A stretch of 64,000 nt of DNA from contig CM022669.1 in assembly GCA_012295275.1 (NCBI GenBank), forward strand, positions 18,662,001-18,726,000. The letters are read 5' to 3'. A program made the position numbers and the translations under genes. The notes below the pieces were generated by a model, which saw only the letters and a program-made list of their open reading frames with translations, was not told the DNA's origin and ran no database searches. This DNA comes from Chrysomallon squamiferum. Lineage: Eukaryota; Animalia; Mollusca. Each line of letters starts with the position of its first letter. Position 1 is the first letter of the stretch. This document shows positions 26,753 through 39,958 of this stretch, one piece after another.

Positions 26753-27512
26753 ATTATATTTTATTTTTTTTATCAATGACATTATTGCTGTATTCGTATA
26801 TTTTATTTTTTTGAAAAACATTTTAATTTTTTTTTTTTTTCAATTTTAACTTCCTGTACTACAAAAGCAGACCTTTCTCTCTAACGAAGATAATATTTTC
26901 ACACTAAAGTATCACCGTCCCCGCAGTCGTCTTACTGAAACGTCCTCGCTGTTTTCGTTTCAAATCGTCATCAAGCAACGCCGGCCTGAGTCCCGAGGCT
27001 AGCAGAGTTAGTTGATGTCAATTTTCAGCCTCGTTTCCGTCAGTTTACTGCAGAATCCGCTGGAGTTCTTTAGTAGGAAGGTTCGTTTTGAAACAACTTC
27101 CGTTAATCAGTCGTCACCTTAAGGGGGCCGAAACCGTTTCGCGACGTTTGCTTCCAGTCATAATTATTCGGCACGCAGGACGATTTATACTCAACGATTA
27201 TTATTTCCGGTGCGGCCGCATCATATGTTTTGGGTTTAGATTCGGAGATGATTATGCGAAATTAACAATCAGTTACTTTTCAGCGAACGAGCGCCATGCA
27301 CCGGGGTGCGCGGTGATTACAATGCGCATGCTCTGAAGAAGACCTTTTCCTGCGGGGAGAAAAAAAAAAAAAAAGGGGGGCTTGAAGTAGGTTACTGCTG
27401 GGATGCGGACGTTTTTGTCTTGTATACAAGTTGAATTAAAAATAATTGAGGAAGCAAGAGAGGAATTAAAACTGCTGAGAGATATCAATAATATTTATGT
27501 TAATTAATTGTC

Positions 27513-27614
<102 letters not shown>

Positions 27615-28108
27615 CATACATACATACATACACATACACACACACACACACACATATATATATAAATATATATAGAGAGAGAGAGAATGAGAGAATTAAT
27701 TAACATAAATATTATATATATATATATAAATCATATTTTTATATCTGTAACTCTCTGTCTCTTTTTTCTGCCTTTCTGTCGCTCTTTCTGTACATCTGTG
27801 CATCTTTCTCGTTCTGCTGCTGTCGTTATTGTCGTTGTAGTTGTTTCAGTTGTCATAGTTTTAGCCGTAGTAATTATTGGATTAGGAACAGTTTAGCAGT
27901 AACAATGATCATAACATTCATCGCAGTTATCATTTATAATAATCCAAAATATATATATTTGTTTAATTTTAAGTTCTTTTTCTTTCATTTTATTTATTTA
28001 TTTGGGTATTATTATAGTCATCATGTTATCATGTTTTTATTTTATTTTATTTTATTTTATTATTATATTTCAAAACAAATATTAATGTTATTTTGTTATT
28101 TTATTATT

Positions 28109-28150
<42 letters not shown>

Positions 28151-28635
28151 AAATTTTAAACCTTTTCTGTGTAATATTTTTATAAGCGAATCTGGAGATA
28201 ATAACATTCACAAACACCGCACGCAACACCGGCTGCCTCTGTTTACATATGCTGACGTTTAGAAAATTCAATAATTCAGTTATTAATCTCTCTCTCCCGT
28301 TCTGCTAATAATCAAAGATTAATCCGGATTAAATGGAATTAGATAAATGCGATTAAAACTTTTAGGGCAACGATGAGGTAATTAAGTCAGCGTGTATTTA
28401 TGTCGCGGTGTTTGAAATACAATTACCAGTAATGCAATTATCAGGTTACAGAGAAGCAAGATGAAGCATTGGGGCGAAGATTTATTCAATCCTTTCTCGT
28501 TATGTCACCGGAAACTGCCGAATACTGACTGGCGGAATCAGACGAAAGTTGATCACGGAGATAGTGGGAAGCTACAGATACGCGAGAAAGAGTGACAGAG
28601 ACAAGATAAAAACAGGCAGTGAGAGATAGAGATAA

Positions 28636-28796
<161 letters not shown>

Positions 28797-29500
28797 AAGA
28801 TCTTAATACGAAGGAAACACGAAAATAAACGAGTGCTGTCAATGTTGAATTAATCTAAAGTTATAAATTCAAAAAAAAAAAAAAAAACCTTATTGCATAC
28901 ATAAACGAGAAACACATAAATACAGGGAATAAGTCGAAGGTTACTGAAAGAAAACGGTAGAAAGACAAGCCACGAAGTCTGCCGAAAACAGAATTCTTGC
29001 GAAAATCGATCAATTACAAAGTGTGGAAGATGTTGGAAATTACTCGGATTACAGCGCGCGAGCGAATTATGTTTAATGAGTTGAAAATGGACGCGGTTTT
29101 AAACAAATCAGGCTTCGGGCCGCAGAAGATATTTTGTCGTGATCGTCTTTCAATCGTCTTTTTCACTCGTGTCCGCTCATCTGTTTTACGTTTCTAAGTC
29201 GAATATTTTGCTTTCGGCCACTTGGAGTCTTTGTAACCATTTGGCAAGTTGTGTGGTTCTAGTTAATAATGATAGAGGTATTTTTGCGCTTCTGCAATTT
29301 ATATTTAAAGAGAGGCATTTTGTTACATTTAAGGAATTGCTTACATTTAATGGCAATTCAGAATTGAGTTTTGAATCATCGGGGGAAAAAATTAGAATAC
29401 TTGGATGCATAATTTTGTATGTTGTACTTCTAAAAAAAAAAAAAAAAAAAAACTACATTTTCTTTCGAAAATGATTTAAAATTAAAGACTGAGAAACATA

Positions 29501-29550
<50 letters not shown>

Positions 29551-29787
29551 GGTGGTGATGATACTAAAGTAATCATAATACTCAATAAAATAAAATTAAG
29601 ATAGATCTCAAAGAACTCATAGAAAAGTTTAACATAAAAATGCTATAAATATATTCTTCCTTCCTATAACTGTGAATTCGTTTTGAGCTAAACATCTTGT
29701 GATAAACATTCTCGAAAGATACTGAGCGAATGGACAACAATATCAACAACAACAAAATAATAATAATAATAAGAAGAAGAAGAAGAA

Positions 29788-29820
<33 letters not shown>

Positions 29821-30632
29821 AAAGAAAAGAAACAAGATTTGTAAGTAAGTGGAAGAACTGATGAACGAGTGAATGTACAGACAGACAGAAAAACGGACAG
29901 ATCAACAGGAAAACGACAGAAGTTAGGATTATGTGTCACGTTTTCACGGATCATTGTAACCATGGACACTAGAAAAATGAGAGATATCGGCAGTTCTTAC
30001 AAACTTCTTTTGACAGAGAAATAACGATTACAAGTAAAACGAAATGGTTTAACGAAAAACAAACAAAAAAAAAAAAATTATAAAAATTAAAAATATAAAA
30101 TTAAAAATAAAAAATAAAAATGAAAAATGAAAAAATAAAAACAAAAATGTAAAAAAATAAAAATAAAAAGGAAGAAGGAAAGAAAGTAAAGAAAAAAGAA
30201 AAGAAAAGAAAGAAAATACTTAAAAAAAAAAAAAAAACGGAGTACACACACTTTAGAAGTGACAACTAGTTACACTGCTGTCAATTTATCCACGAGGTGG
30301 CGCGAGATAGCGCGAGCACAATGAACAGAGCCATTTTCACCTTTGCAGCCGCGGTGGTAGGTGACCTCTTAAAAAACCCACTTGGAATATCAGTTAACAA
30401 CTTGTTATATTGTCAGACGGGCCGGCTTGAGAGACAGGTATCACACTGTATACAAACAGACAAAAAAAAAAAGAAAAAAAAACAGAGAAAAAAGAAGATG
30501 AAAAACATATTAGCCCGAGGCTGGGATGTTATATTTTCTGCAAGTTAACCTACAGACAATAAAAACTTCGCGTTCGTAACTCAACGAAGGCTTTTTGACT
30601 CTTGAACGGTACTCGTCATTCGAAGCCGATAT

Positions 30633-30664
<32 letters not shown>

Positions 30665-30819
30665 GAAAGAAAACAAGAATAAGAAAGAGGGAAAAACAAA
30701 AAATAATGAAAAAACTTTGGTTTTATATACAGATGTTCTCCTGAAAGTTGAAGAAATTTTGTAAGCAATGACAATAGCTAACTCTCCTCCAAAAAATAAA
30801 AATATGTATGTGTTTATTG

Positions 30820-31222
30820 TGTATGTATGTATGTATGTATGTATGTATGTTTGTTTGTATGTATGTATGTATGTATGTATGTATGTTTGTATGTATGTAT
30901 GTATATATGTATGTATGTATGTATATATGTATGAATGTATGTATGTATGTATGTATGTATGTATGTATGTATGTATGTATGTATGTATGTATGTTTGTAT
31001 GTATGTATGTATGTATGTATGTTTGTTTGTTTGTATGTATGTATGTATGTTTGTATGTATGTATGTATGTATGTATGTATGTATGTATGTATGTATGTAT
31101 GTATGTATGTATGTATGTATGTTTGTTTGTATGTATGTATGTATGTATGTATGTTTGTATGTATGTATGTATGTATGTATGTATGTTTGTATGTTTGTAT
31201 GTATGTATGTATGTATGTATGT
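30820..31222. repeat. (TATG)n tetranucleotide microsatellite, ~400 bp
   Basis: Direct inspection; source of the spurious MYVC/HTYI ORFs. Confidence 0.95.
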
Positions 31223-32022
31223 ACATAATTATGTATACATGTATATATAAAGGTACGTATGTATATATGTGTATGTACATTTGTGCATATGCATATATGT
31301 GCAAGTGTATGTATGTATTTATGTATCTGTGTATTTGTGTGTGTGTGCATTTACGTGTGTGTGTGTATATATCTGTCTGTCTGTGAAAGTATTTTAATCT
31401 ATCTAAGCAAATGTTTATGTACATAAAGGTGTGGAAAAACACAGCACGTAAATATCAATGCACTTAATTCGGTATCATGTCCGTCTCCGCGATACTGTTT
31501 ATTTTTGTCAGAATCTTTTTCCTGGGACATCTGCGTTCATTTACTACCACTGTGTCTGTTGACTACGAGACGTCAACATGTCCATTCTCGTCTCTGTCAT
31601 CAGTTTCACTTTTCAGTTGCCAATCAACTGAGTTTCCGTCGGAAAAAGTCCAGCAAAACATGTCTGCCACCAAAGATTCCGTTGACGATGAAACAAACAA
31701 GAGTTTCATTTTCATTTTTCCGTTTTTTATTTTATTTTATTTTTGGGGTGGGTGGGTAATTTTGTTGTATAAAATGTAATATCTGATATAATTATTATAA
31801 TAATATAACGATTATTTCAAATTAGGAAAAAAATAAAATAAGAATAAAGTAGAGATTTTTTTTTTTTTTTTTTTTTTTTAATAGTTATTATTATTTTTTT
31901 CATCTCATATTTTAAATAACCCATTACATGGACCAACAGACAAACAGATATAAAACAGTGACGAGCAAATAAAGACAGATTCAGTGATTACATAAAGGAG
32001 AATAAAATGCAACTAAAATAAA

Positions 32023-32059
<37 letters not shown>

Positions 32060-32504
32060 ACTCGCTTCAGGTAAACAAATGGTATTGTGCTAATATAAAT
32101 GTTAGTGGTTTGTTGGAATTGTAAGATATGATGCATCTGCGTCTGAGAGCTTTGTGAAAAGGTCAAAATAAGACATAATGATATTTGTTTTCAAGTACAA
32201 ACATGTTACAAACATAACTACGTACTGCCTTTCTGTTTCCATAGAGATATTTTGTATTGCATAACATTTGCTTATGACGTTAGCCTGTGTAGCAGGGATT
32301 ATTATTAATAGACTGGTATAAGAAACATTATGGAGAGATGTTAGATACAGAAAACATATTTTGGGTCGAAAATGTTCAGACACTCTGTTTTTAATTGTAA
32401 TAGGAATGTTCTTTCATTGTCCACATTTCGTTAATTGTGTACGTTATTATATAATCAAAACCAGTACTAAGCAGCTACCCCTTACTCTTGACTAACCCGT
32501 TTGT

Positions 32505-32550
<46 letters not shown>

Positions 32551-33059
32551 CATCATTACCACTACTATTATTGCTGCTATCACTGCTGTTAATACCACCA
32601 TTACCACTACCACTACCATATAACACTGCTACTACTACTACAACAATTATTACTACTATTACTACTCCTACGTCACTACCACTAATAGTATTGCTGCTAT
32701 TACTACTACTACTACTAATACCATCATTACCATTTCTACCACTACATCACTACCACAACCACTGCTAGTGCTACTATAACAGAAAAGGGGTATAATAAAA
32801 TCATATCGAAAAAAGATAAAGCTGATTTCTTAAGAACCACGCCCAGAAGCAATGTCATATGTCACAAATATTCGAAATAGAATTTCTTTGTGTATTTTTT
32901 TAATATGTAAGAAAAGAAACAACAGGGGGAAGAAAAACTACGAAAAAAAAAAAACAGTCTTGAAAAGACCACCCGGTTTACAAGCGTTCATCTTTGACAG
33001 AGCTACTTTTTTTAACACTAGACTGGTATTGTTCGCTAGACAAGGCGAAGAAGCGTAAC

Positions 33060-33500
33060 GCACTGTTCGAAACAGAATACTCTGACAGTTTGCAAATAAC
33101 GAAGGTGATCAAAACTAATCACAGCCAATCAGAGGAGCGTTAATTGCCGACGTGAACAAAAGACGACTCAGCGGTCGCCAGAAACAAGTGCGTTTTCGAA
33201 AAGCTGTCAGAAACACGAAGTTTACAGCGACTGAGGTGCTGCTGGGAAAACAAGGTGTCTCGTAAACTCAGGTCTTGTCCACTCAATCAACAACGCGCAC
33301 CCGCGGCCACCCCGCTCTTTATCACCTTATCACCTGTAATCAACTAAAAAAATCAACACCTGAAAAACTACTTCAGGTACAGATCATCAGAATAAGCAGA
33401 CCCTCTCGCGTTCGACTGAAGAGAGTGACATCATGTTCATTTAACGAATAACCAGCCTCTTGTTACCAGGCGAAAGCGTTTCTTATCGATTGGCCAGTCA
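33060..33500 (+). promoter_or_regulatory. Candidate FoxQ2 proximal promoter region
   Basis: CpG-rich patch upstream of the CDS with CCAAT boxes (AGCCAATCAG about 33123; GATTGG about 33488), TGACAG/CTGTCA sites and tandem TTATCACC. The transcription start site cannot be determined. Confidence 0.45.
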
Positions 33501-33810
33501 CAGCTTGGAAAGTTCTTTCGACAAGCTTCTGGGCGTGGTCTGTATACCGGGGCTTTTCAGTGGACGTTTTATGCATATTCATTACCATGGAGGCGTGGCT
33601 GAAGGCGACTGGTGTCAACAAACCGACAACAGCCATTACCTGTTTCTCTGACGCAGTTTGTAAGCAGTGTACCAATATTATAAAAACGACAGCTATGAAT
33701 GGAATAGTCATTCAGTCATTTGAGAGCGTTTAAACAGGTTTAGAAATCTGATTAATTTTTTGAAAACTTGGCTGAGTTTGGAAAACGATTCGATACTTGT
33801 AGTATTCACA

Positions 33811-34917
33811 ATGTGCAGCTCTAATCAGAATAACGTGATGACATCATACTTGATGAAAATGTCTAACATGGCTCCTTATTTTCAGCTGATGCCCAGCGCA
33901 GGCCATCTATCGGCTTTGGATTTTCATCGATTTCAGATGATAAACAGTAACCCAAGAATTCATATGGGCATTCGTGCTTATCCATCCAACATGGGGATGG
34001 TTCCTTACGGAGGCGGTCACTTTATGGATTCCTACTCACAGGCATTTCTCTACAAACAAGACTATCGCGGAGGATTCGTCCCAGAAGAGCCCAAACCCAA
34101 CCACAGCTACATAGCACTCATTTCCATGGCCATTCTGGGCTCCAAGGACGAAAAGCTTGTCCTAGGCGACATCTATCAGTGGATCCTGGACAACTATTCC
34201 TACTTCAGGAACCGAGGTACTGGATGGAGAAACAGCATCAGACACAATCTGTCTCTGAACGAGTGTTTCGTGAAATGCGGCCGCAGTGCGAATGGGAAAG
34301 GTCACTACTGGGCCATCCACGAAGCCAACGTCGATGACTTCAAACAAGGCGACTTCAGAAGACGTCGTGCGCAGAGAAAGGTGCGACGTTACATGGGTCT
34401 GGCGACGCCGGGCGAGGACGAGGACGAAGACAGCCCAACTTCGTCACCGACACCGGCACCCAACTGGGCTGGAAGGTCCTACGAAGAACGAGTCGAAAAA
34501 TCCAACTCGTCAGTGTCGACGAATTCGGCAAAGAGAGACAAAGACTTGTCGAGCACCGAGGACTTTCAAGAGGCGGAGAATGAACAGAAATACGTTTTTC
34601 GTTCTTACCAATGCAATGAACATTCCGTAACTTCCACAGACAGCGAAGAGGTTAGCATCACACAAGACAAAGAGGAGTCGCTGCCGAAATTCAGTTCTGC
34701 CGTATCCAGAAACGTGTCGAAGAGGCCCACAGCTATTGCCCAGCTCCCGAAAAAGAGGCTTTTCGATATAGACAGTCTTTTGGCTCCTGATACAAAACGG
34801 GTTTGCGTTGAACGTCCCGCCGAAGTGCTGTCCGCCGAAAACAAATTGCAGTGGACCAAACTGTGGGCAGTTTATCACAAACAGTTCTCTCCTGAAGATC
34901 TCAAAGTCGCAGCATAA
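33811..34917 (+). CDS. FoxQ2: Forkhead box Q2 (fd102C-type) transcription factor, ~368 aa, apparently single coding exon
   Basis: Forkhead domain from about 34093: KPNHSYIALISMAIL...WRNSIRHNLSLNECFVK.GRSANGKGHYWAIH, followed by the FoxQ2-diagnostic DFKQGDFRRRRAQRKVRRYMGL. C-terminal eh1-like KRLFDIDSLLAPD at about 34753-34791. First in-frame ATG is at 33811; the supplied ORF opens at a TTG at 33760. The exact start is uncertain. Confidence 0.93.
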   Translation: MCSSNQNNVMTSYLMKMSNMAPYFQLMPSAGHLSALDFHRFQMINSNPRIHMGIRAYPSNMGMVPYGGGHFMDSYSQAFLYKQDYRGGFVPEEPKPNHSYIALISMAILGSKDEKLVLGDIYQWILDNYSYFRNRGTGWRNSIRHNLSLNECFVKCGRSANGKGHYWAIHEANVDDFKQGDFRRRRAQRKVRRYMGLATPGEDEDEDSPTSSPTPAPNWAGRSYEERVEKSNSSVSTNSAKRDKDLSSTEDFQEAENEQKYVFRSYQCNEHSVTSTDSEEVSITQDKEESLPKFSSAVSRNVSKRPTAIAQLPKKRLFDIDSLLAPDTKRVCVERPAEVLSAENKLQWTKLWAVYHKQFSPEDLKVAA

Positions 34918-35171
34918 ACATTTTAGCCTAGTTGTTATTTTTTTAGAAAAATTTTGATTTACGTTTTATTTTCGTTTGTTTATTATTTGTTGTTTTATTT
35001 TCTTCTTTTTTTTTTTTTCTTTTCTATCCATTCTTTATTATTATTATTATTATTATTATTTGGAAATTATGAACATTGTTAAAAAGAGAATTTATGCTTC
35101 GAACGCTGTACTGTTTGTTTAACAGAAGAAAACAAAATCGACATTGTGTATTGTGATTGCTGTTTTTCAAG

Positions 35172-35300
35172 TTAAAATAGTGACTGAGATAATGAATGGT
35201 GAAAAGTGACTGTTATATTCGTGTGAATAGTGATTGACTGCGATGTTGAATGGTGAACAGTGACTAAAATATTGGTTGGTGAGTAGTGATTGCAATATTA
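35172..35300 (+). repeat. Degenerate ~26-bp tandem repeat (5 units, core AGTGAYT) in FoxQ2 3' UTR
   Basis: AGTGAC/AGTGAT at about 35179, 35205, 35229, 35259 and 35285, mostly preceded by (TG)GTGA. Confidence 0.7.
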
Positions 35301-35448
35301 ATGAATGCTATAAATTATTAATTATTTATTTTGTGCGTGCACGTACCTGCGTGTATGTTAAGGGATATTTATGTATGTGAATATTGTTACTGTTTCATAT
35401 GACAAAGCTACTGTGGTCACATTTGGTAAATTTATTGTTCGTCTTGTT

Positions 35449-35454
35449 AATAAA
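35449..35454 (+). terminator. Candidate FoxQ2 polyadenylation signal AATAAA
   Basis: First canonical AATAAA I found after the stop, about 530 nt downstream, with a T/GT-rich element following at about 35476. Confidence 0.5.
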
Positions 35455-35834
35455 TTACATAAACAGAAAAATCAATTGTTGTTTTTATTACCTATAGTGA
35501 AATATACTTGTTTGTTCAGAAAACAACGATTTAACCGAAAATGAAATATGCTTATATAAAAGAAAAGAAAAGTAAAATGAACAGAATGTAATATGTTTGT
35601 TTGTGTGTGTGTGTGTATGTGTGTTTGTGTGTGTGTGTGTCTGTGTTTACGTTTAAGCTGAAAAAAGTAATAAAAAATATAATCTGATTTAAAATGTAAT
35701 AAATTAATATAAACGAAGATATCTGTTAATTTATATTCTAAATTAAAAATGTAATGAATACTAACTGTGAAAAGCATGAACAATAAATTGGTTAAATGAT
35801 AAATAAAAAAATTAAATAATAAATAAAAAAAAAA

Positions 35835-35909
<75 letters not shown>

Positions 35910-36522
35910 TGGCACAAAACCTTGCATTTATTTGTAACTAATTTTCAACATTAAGATTTCTGTTTCCATTTAACATGGCAGACAATGCGTCAGTTTGAAA
36001 AAAACAAAATAATATGACTGGAGATGCCAGCATAATGAAAAATGTATGCTTATGATTTAACTATTTTGTTTAGACGTGAATATGTATGCATGTGTGTGCG
36101 TATGCGTGCGTGCGTGTGTGTTTGTTTATGTATTTACTATTATTATTATTATTATTTCTTTTATTTTTCTTATTGCTTCGATTCGTTTTCAATCGATTTC
36201 TTTTACCTTCTTTCCTTCTTCATTTGTTTTTATTTCTCCAGATTTTTTTTTCACTTACTTCCTTTATTATATATATAGACATACCCACATATATTTGTAT
36301 ATATTATATTATATTATATTATATTATATTATATTATATTATATTATATTATATTATATTAAATATTTATTTTATAAAAGAAAGAAATAAGGAGAAAAGA
36401 TATTAATGATATTATTATCACCATTATATATTATTAAATATTATTATGATCAAATTTTTTATTTATTTCCCCTTTTCCTTATATCGTATTCTTCTTCTTT
36501 ATTGTTGTTGTTGTTGTTATTG

Positions 36523-36556
<34 letters not shown>

Positions 36557-36914
36557 TTCATTACGACCTTATATTTCTCTTCAGTTTGTCTAAATAATAT
36601 ACTTTTTTTTTTAAATATTTCCTTTTCAGGAATTAAATAAATCCACATTTATTTTTCGATTTCTTTTTTCTTGTTGTTGTTATTTTATATTTTTTTGTCT
36701 CTTTCTACCCTTTTTTTCTATTTTCTATTTTTCCCGTGAAGTTTATTTTATCTTGATTAATTAATATGTTATCTTAATATATTCTTGTCCTTTTTTTCTT
36801 GTTCTTTCTCTTTCTTTCTTCAATTTTCAGATAAATCCCATATTTCAGATTTGCATTATTTTATATGTCAATTTATTTTCCAATTTATTTTTATTAAGCA
36901 AACATTTTTTTCTT

Positions 36915-36961
<47 letters not shown>

Positions 36962-37583
36962 ATAAACATTAAAATATTACTTCATTTAAATTAATTTATT
37001 TATTCTCTTACTAACTTATTTATATACTTAATAATTATTTTATTCATTTTATTTATTTACTTATTTATTTATATTTTTAATCATTTTTTATTTAATTTTG
37101 GGGATGTCTTACCCTAGATTTTATGCTTTTTAAATTTAATTTTGTGAATCAACTTATCAAGAAGACTTAATGAGTTAACATTATACCTTAACGATTTCGT
37201 TTCTCCATGCATACATTAAATCGACTCTATCGCTGAAAAGGAATGTTTTTAGACAAAGTGTATCGCATCTCACAACGAGGTAACCGTGATTTAAACTGCA
37301 AACTGTCAGAAAAGTAAAATTACGAGACTTTTACTTAAACCGCTCCTCGTTCAAGTCATTGCCCATATCCTACTTTATATTTATATTATCATCAATATGA
37401 TATCGCCAAAAAACAACTAAAAAAAACTAAATTTAAAAAAAATAATAAATAAATAATAAAAAAAATAAATAAAAAAATGTCAACAAAAAAAGACCATAAA
37501 AAACCCACCAACAACACCAACAAACAACAAAAAAAAAAACCACCCAACGACAACAATATCAAACTGATTATTATAATATATTC

Positions 37584-37742
37584 AGAGTTAGTTGATTAAA
37601 TGTCACAGTTAGAACTGCAAACAGGAAGAGTTACTGATCAGTTTAAGTTTTGTGTTCATGTTAACGTCATCTAGATGACTTTCCGAGTGTTTTTTTCTTC
37701 TATAAATACAGTTTAATATTATTCTTACTTTTAAAACCGTAC
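37584..37742 (+). repeat. Diverged ~150-bp direct repeat, copy 1 (partner 41315-41456)
   Basis: Shared collinear blocks AGAGTTAG, TGTC.CAGTTA, AGTTACTGA, TTTTGT...CATGTTA, CTATAAA and ATTATTCTTACTTT.AAAAC. Confidence 0.75.
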
Positions 37743-37838
37743 ATGAATTATATGTTGTATTAAAACATTAAAAATGCAACTGTTACTACAATATTAGCAA
37801 TACTGTCATCATCATAAATAAGGACAACGATAATAATA

Positions 37839-37890
<52 letters not shown>

Positions 37891-38123
37891 CAACAACAAA
37901 ACAACAACAACAACAACAACAAAAACAACAACAACAACAACAACAACAATAATAATAATAATAAGAGAGAGGGAGAAAGAGCGGGAGGGAGATTGTCATC
38001 ATCATCTACTTCATCATTATCATCATCATCGTCATGAAAATGAAGATAGAATTATATTTAGTTATTGTTATTAGAAATGCGTTATTATTTTTGCACTTAT
38101 TATTATAATCTGTTATTCTTCTT

Positions 38124-38154
<31 letters not shown>

Positions 38155-38320
38155 TTATTATTATTATTATGTTGTTGTTGTTGTTGTTGTTGTTGTGGTG
38201 GTGGTGGTGGTAGTGGTGGTTGTGGTTAAAATTTCATTTTGGTTTTCTACGAACGTTAGCTCTGAATTAAAAATATTGAATAATATTTCTCTTTTTTCTT
38301 TATGTTATACAATAAAATGA

Positions 38321-38384
<64 letters not shown>

Positions 38385-38631
38385 GCAGTAGTAGTAGTAA
38401 TAATAATAATAATATTACTACTGTTATTAGTACTACTCTTACCACTATTAATAATCATAAGACGAAGAGGAAGAAGAAAATGAAAAAAGAAGTAAAAATA
38501 ATTATATTAATTACAAAAGTTAAAAGATATTTTATTAATAGAATACTTTAACCATTTTATAACTATTACTCATTTTGAAAATAAATACGATATTCGTTTT
38601 TGTTTGTTATCTTTTAATAATAATTTAATAA

Positions 38632-38698
<67 letters not shown>

Positions 38699-39905
38699 TA
38701 CAAGGGTAGCAATTATATTTTCATGAGCATAGACACGAATATATTTAATAATAATAATAATTTGAAAAGTAGTCACTAGAAACCGTATGTTAACAAAAAT
38801 AATTGTGGTTTGATGTGTTTTTTTTTGTTGTTGTTGTCATAGCTGATTATTTTTTCTTTATTTCATTATTTGGTAAACCGTATACATTTTTTATTGTTCT
38901 TCTTGTATTTATATCATTATTAATTTATCTTAGTATAGTTTTAAAATTGTATTTAATAATAATTTTACATTTATTTAATTTATGTACATTCATTTAATAA
39001 CAAAATCAATTAATTATTCCTTTTTTTTTAAATTTTTAATAGTTTTTATTTATTTATTTTATTATTATTATTTTTTATTTTTTTAAAGAAAAAAAAAAAA
39101 AAAAAAAAAAAATAAGGAATCTGTTTTTTCACATCGTTACAAATGTAACACCTGGCGTTAGACATTCAGGCCGTATCAGCCCTTTCATATCAGCATGTTA
39201 CAGTAAACTAATAAACTGACGTACGTAATTGCCATGGTGACAGCACTTGTGACACGTCCAATCAGATTTGCCGATCCGATAGGGCCGGCACGAGCGATTG
39301 GATCAGCCAATATCCCTCGCGTAATTTGGTTTGTTTGTAAGATAAAAGGGAAACAGACATTATGCGCCTTTTTAACGTTCTCCTGTAGATAATGAAATGT
39401 GATAGCCCATTGCACGAGATGACTTGTTAACCAGAAACTTATTGGATGATGTTATGGAGTGACAGGGTGAAAAAAAAAAAATTAAAAAAAAAAAAAAAAT
39501 TAAAAAAATTAAAAATAAGAGATAATGTATCGTTTAATAAGATCTGTATGACACGGAAATGTGCTAACCCTCGCTGTTATATTGCAACTGCGGTCTGACT
39601 CAGTTCGATGCAACGACCTGTGATTTTCCTTTTTCGTTTTAATTTACATTTGACCGCAGATGACAGATAAACGGGTGTACAGATGAAGAGATACACGTAT
39701 TGCATTACAGAAACACAAACATGTATACAAACGAACGATAGACAGAGAGACAGTGAGACAGTGAGTGGCATGCAGGAGAAGACGAGATAAACAGACCACG
39801 CGAGCTAATGAAACAGAGACTGAAAGATATAGAAGCTGTATTGTGTGGGTGTGGGTGCGTGAGTGTGCGTGAGTGCGTCAGAGCGGAAGAATAAGAAAGT
39901 GTGTT

Positions 39906-39958
<53 letters not shown>

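Noticed and set aside
33760-33810. TTG-initiated N-terminal extension of FoxQ2
   Set aside because: Artefact of the ORF caller allowing alternative starts; the first ATG is at 33811.
34162-34878. Overlapping alternative-frame and antisense ORFs within FoxQ2
   Set aside because: Expected shadows of a GC-richer CDS; no recognisable motifs.
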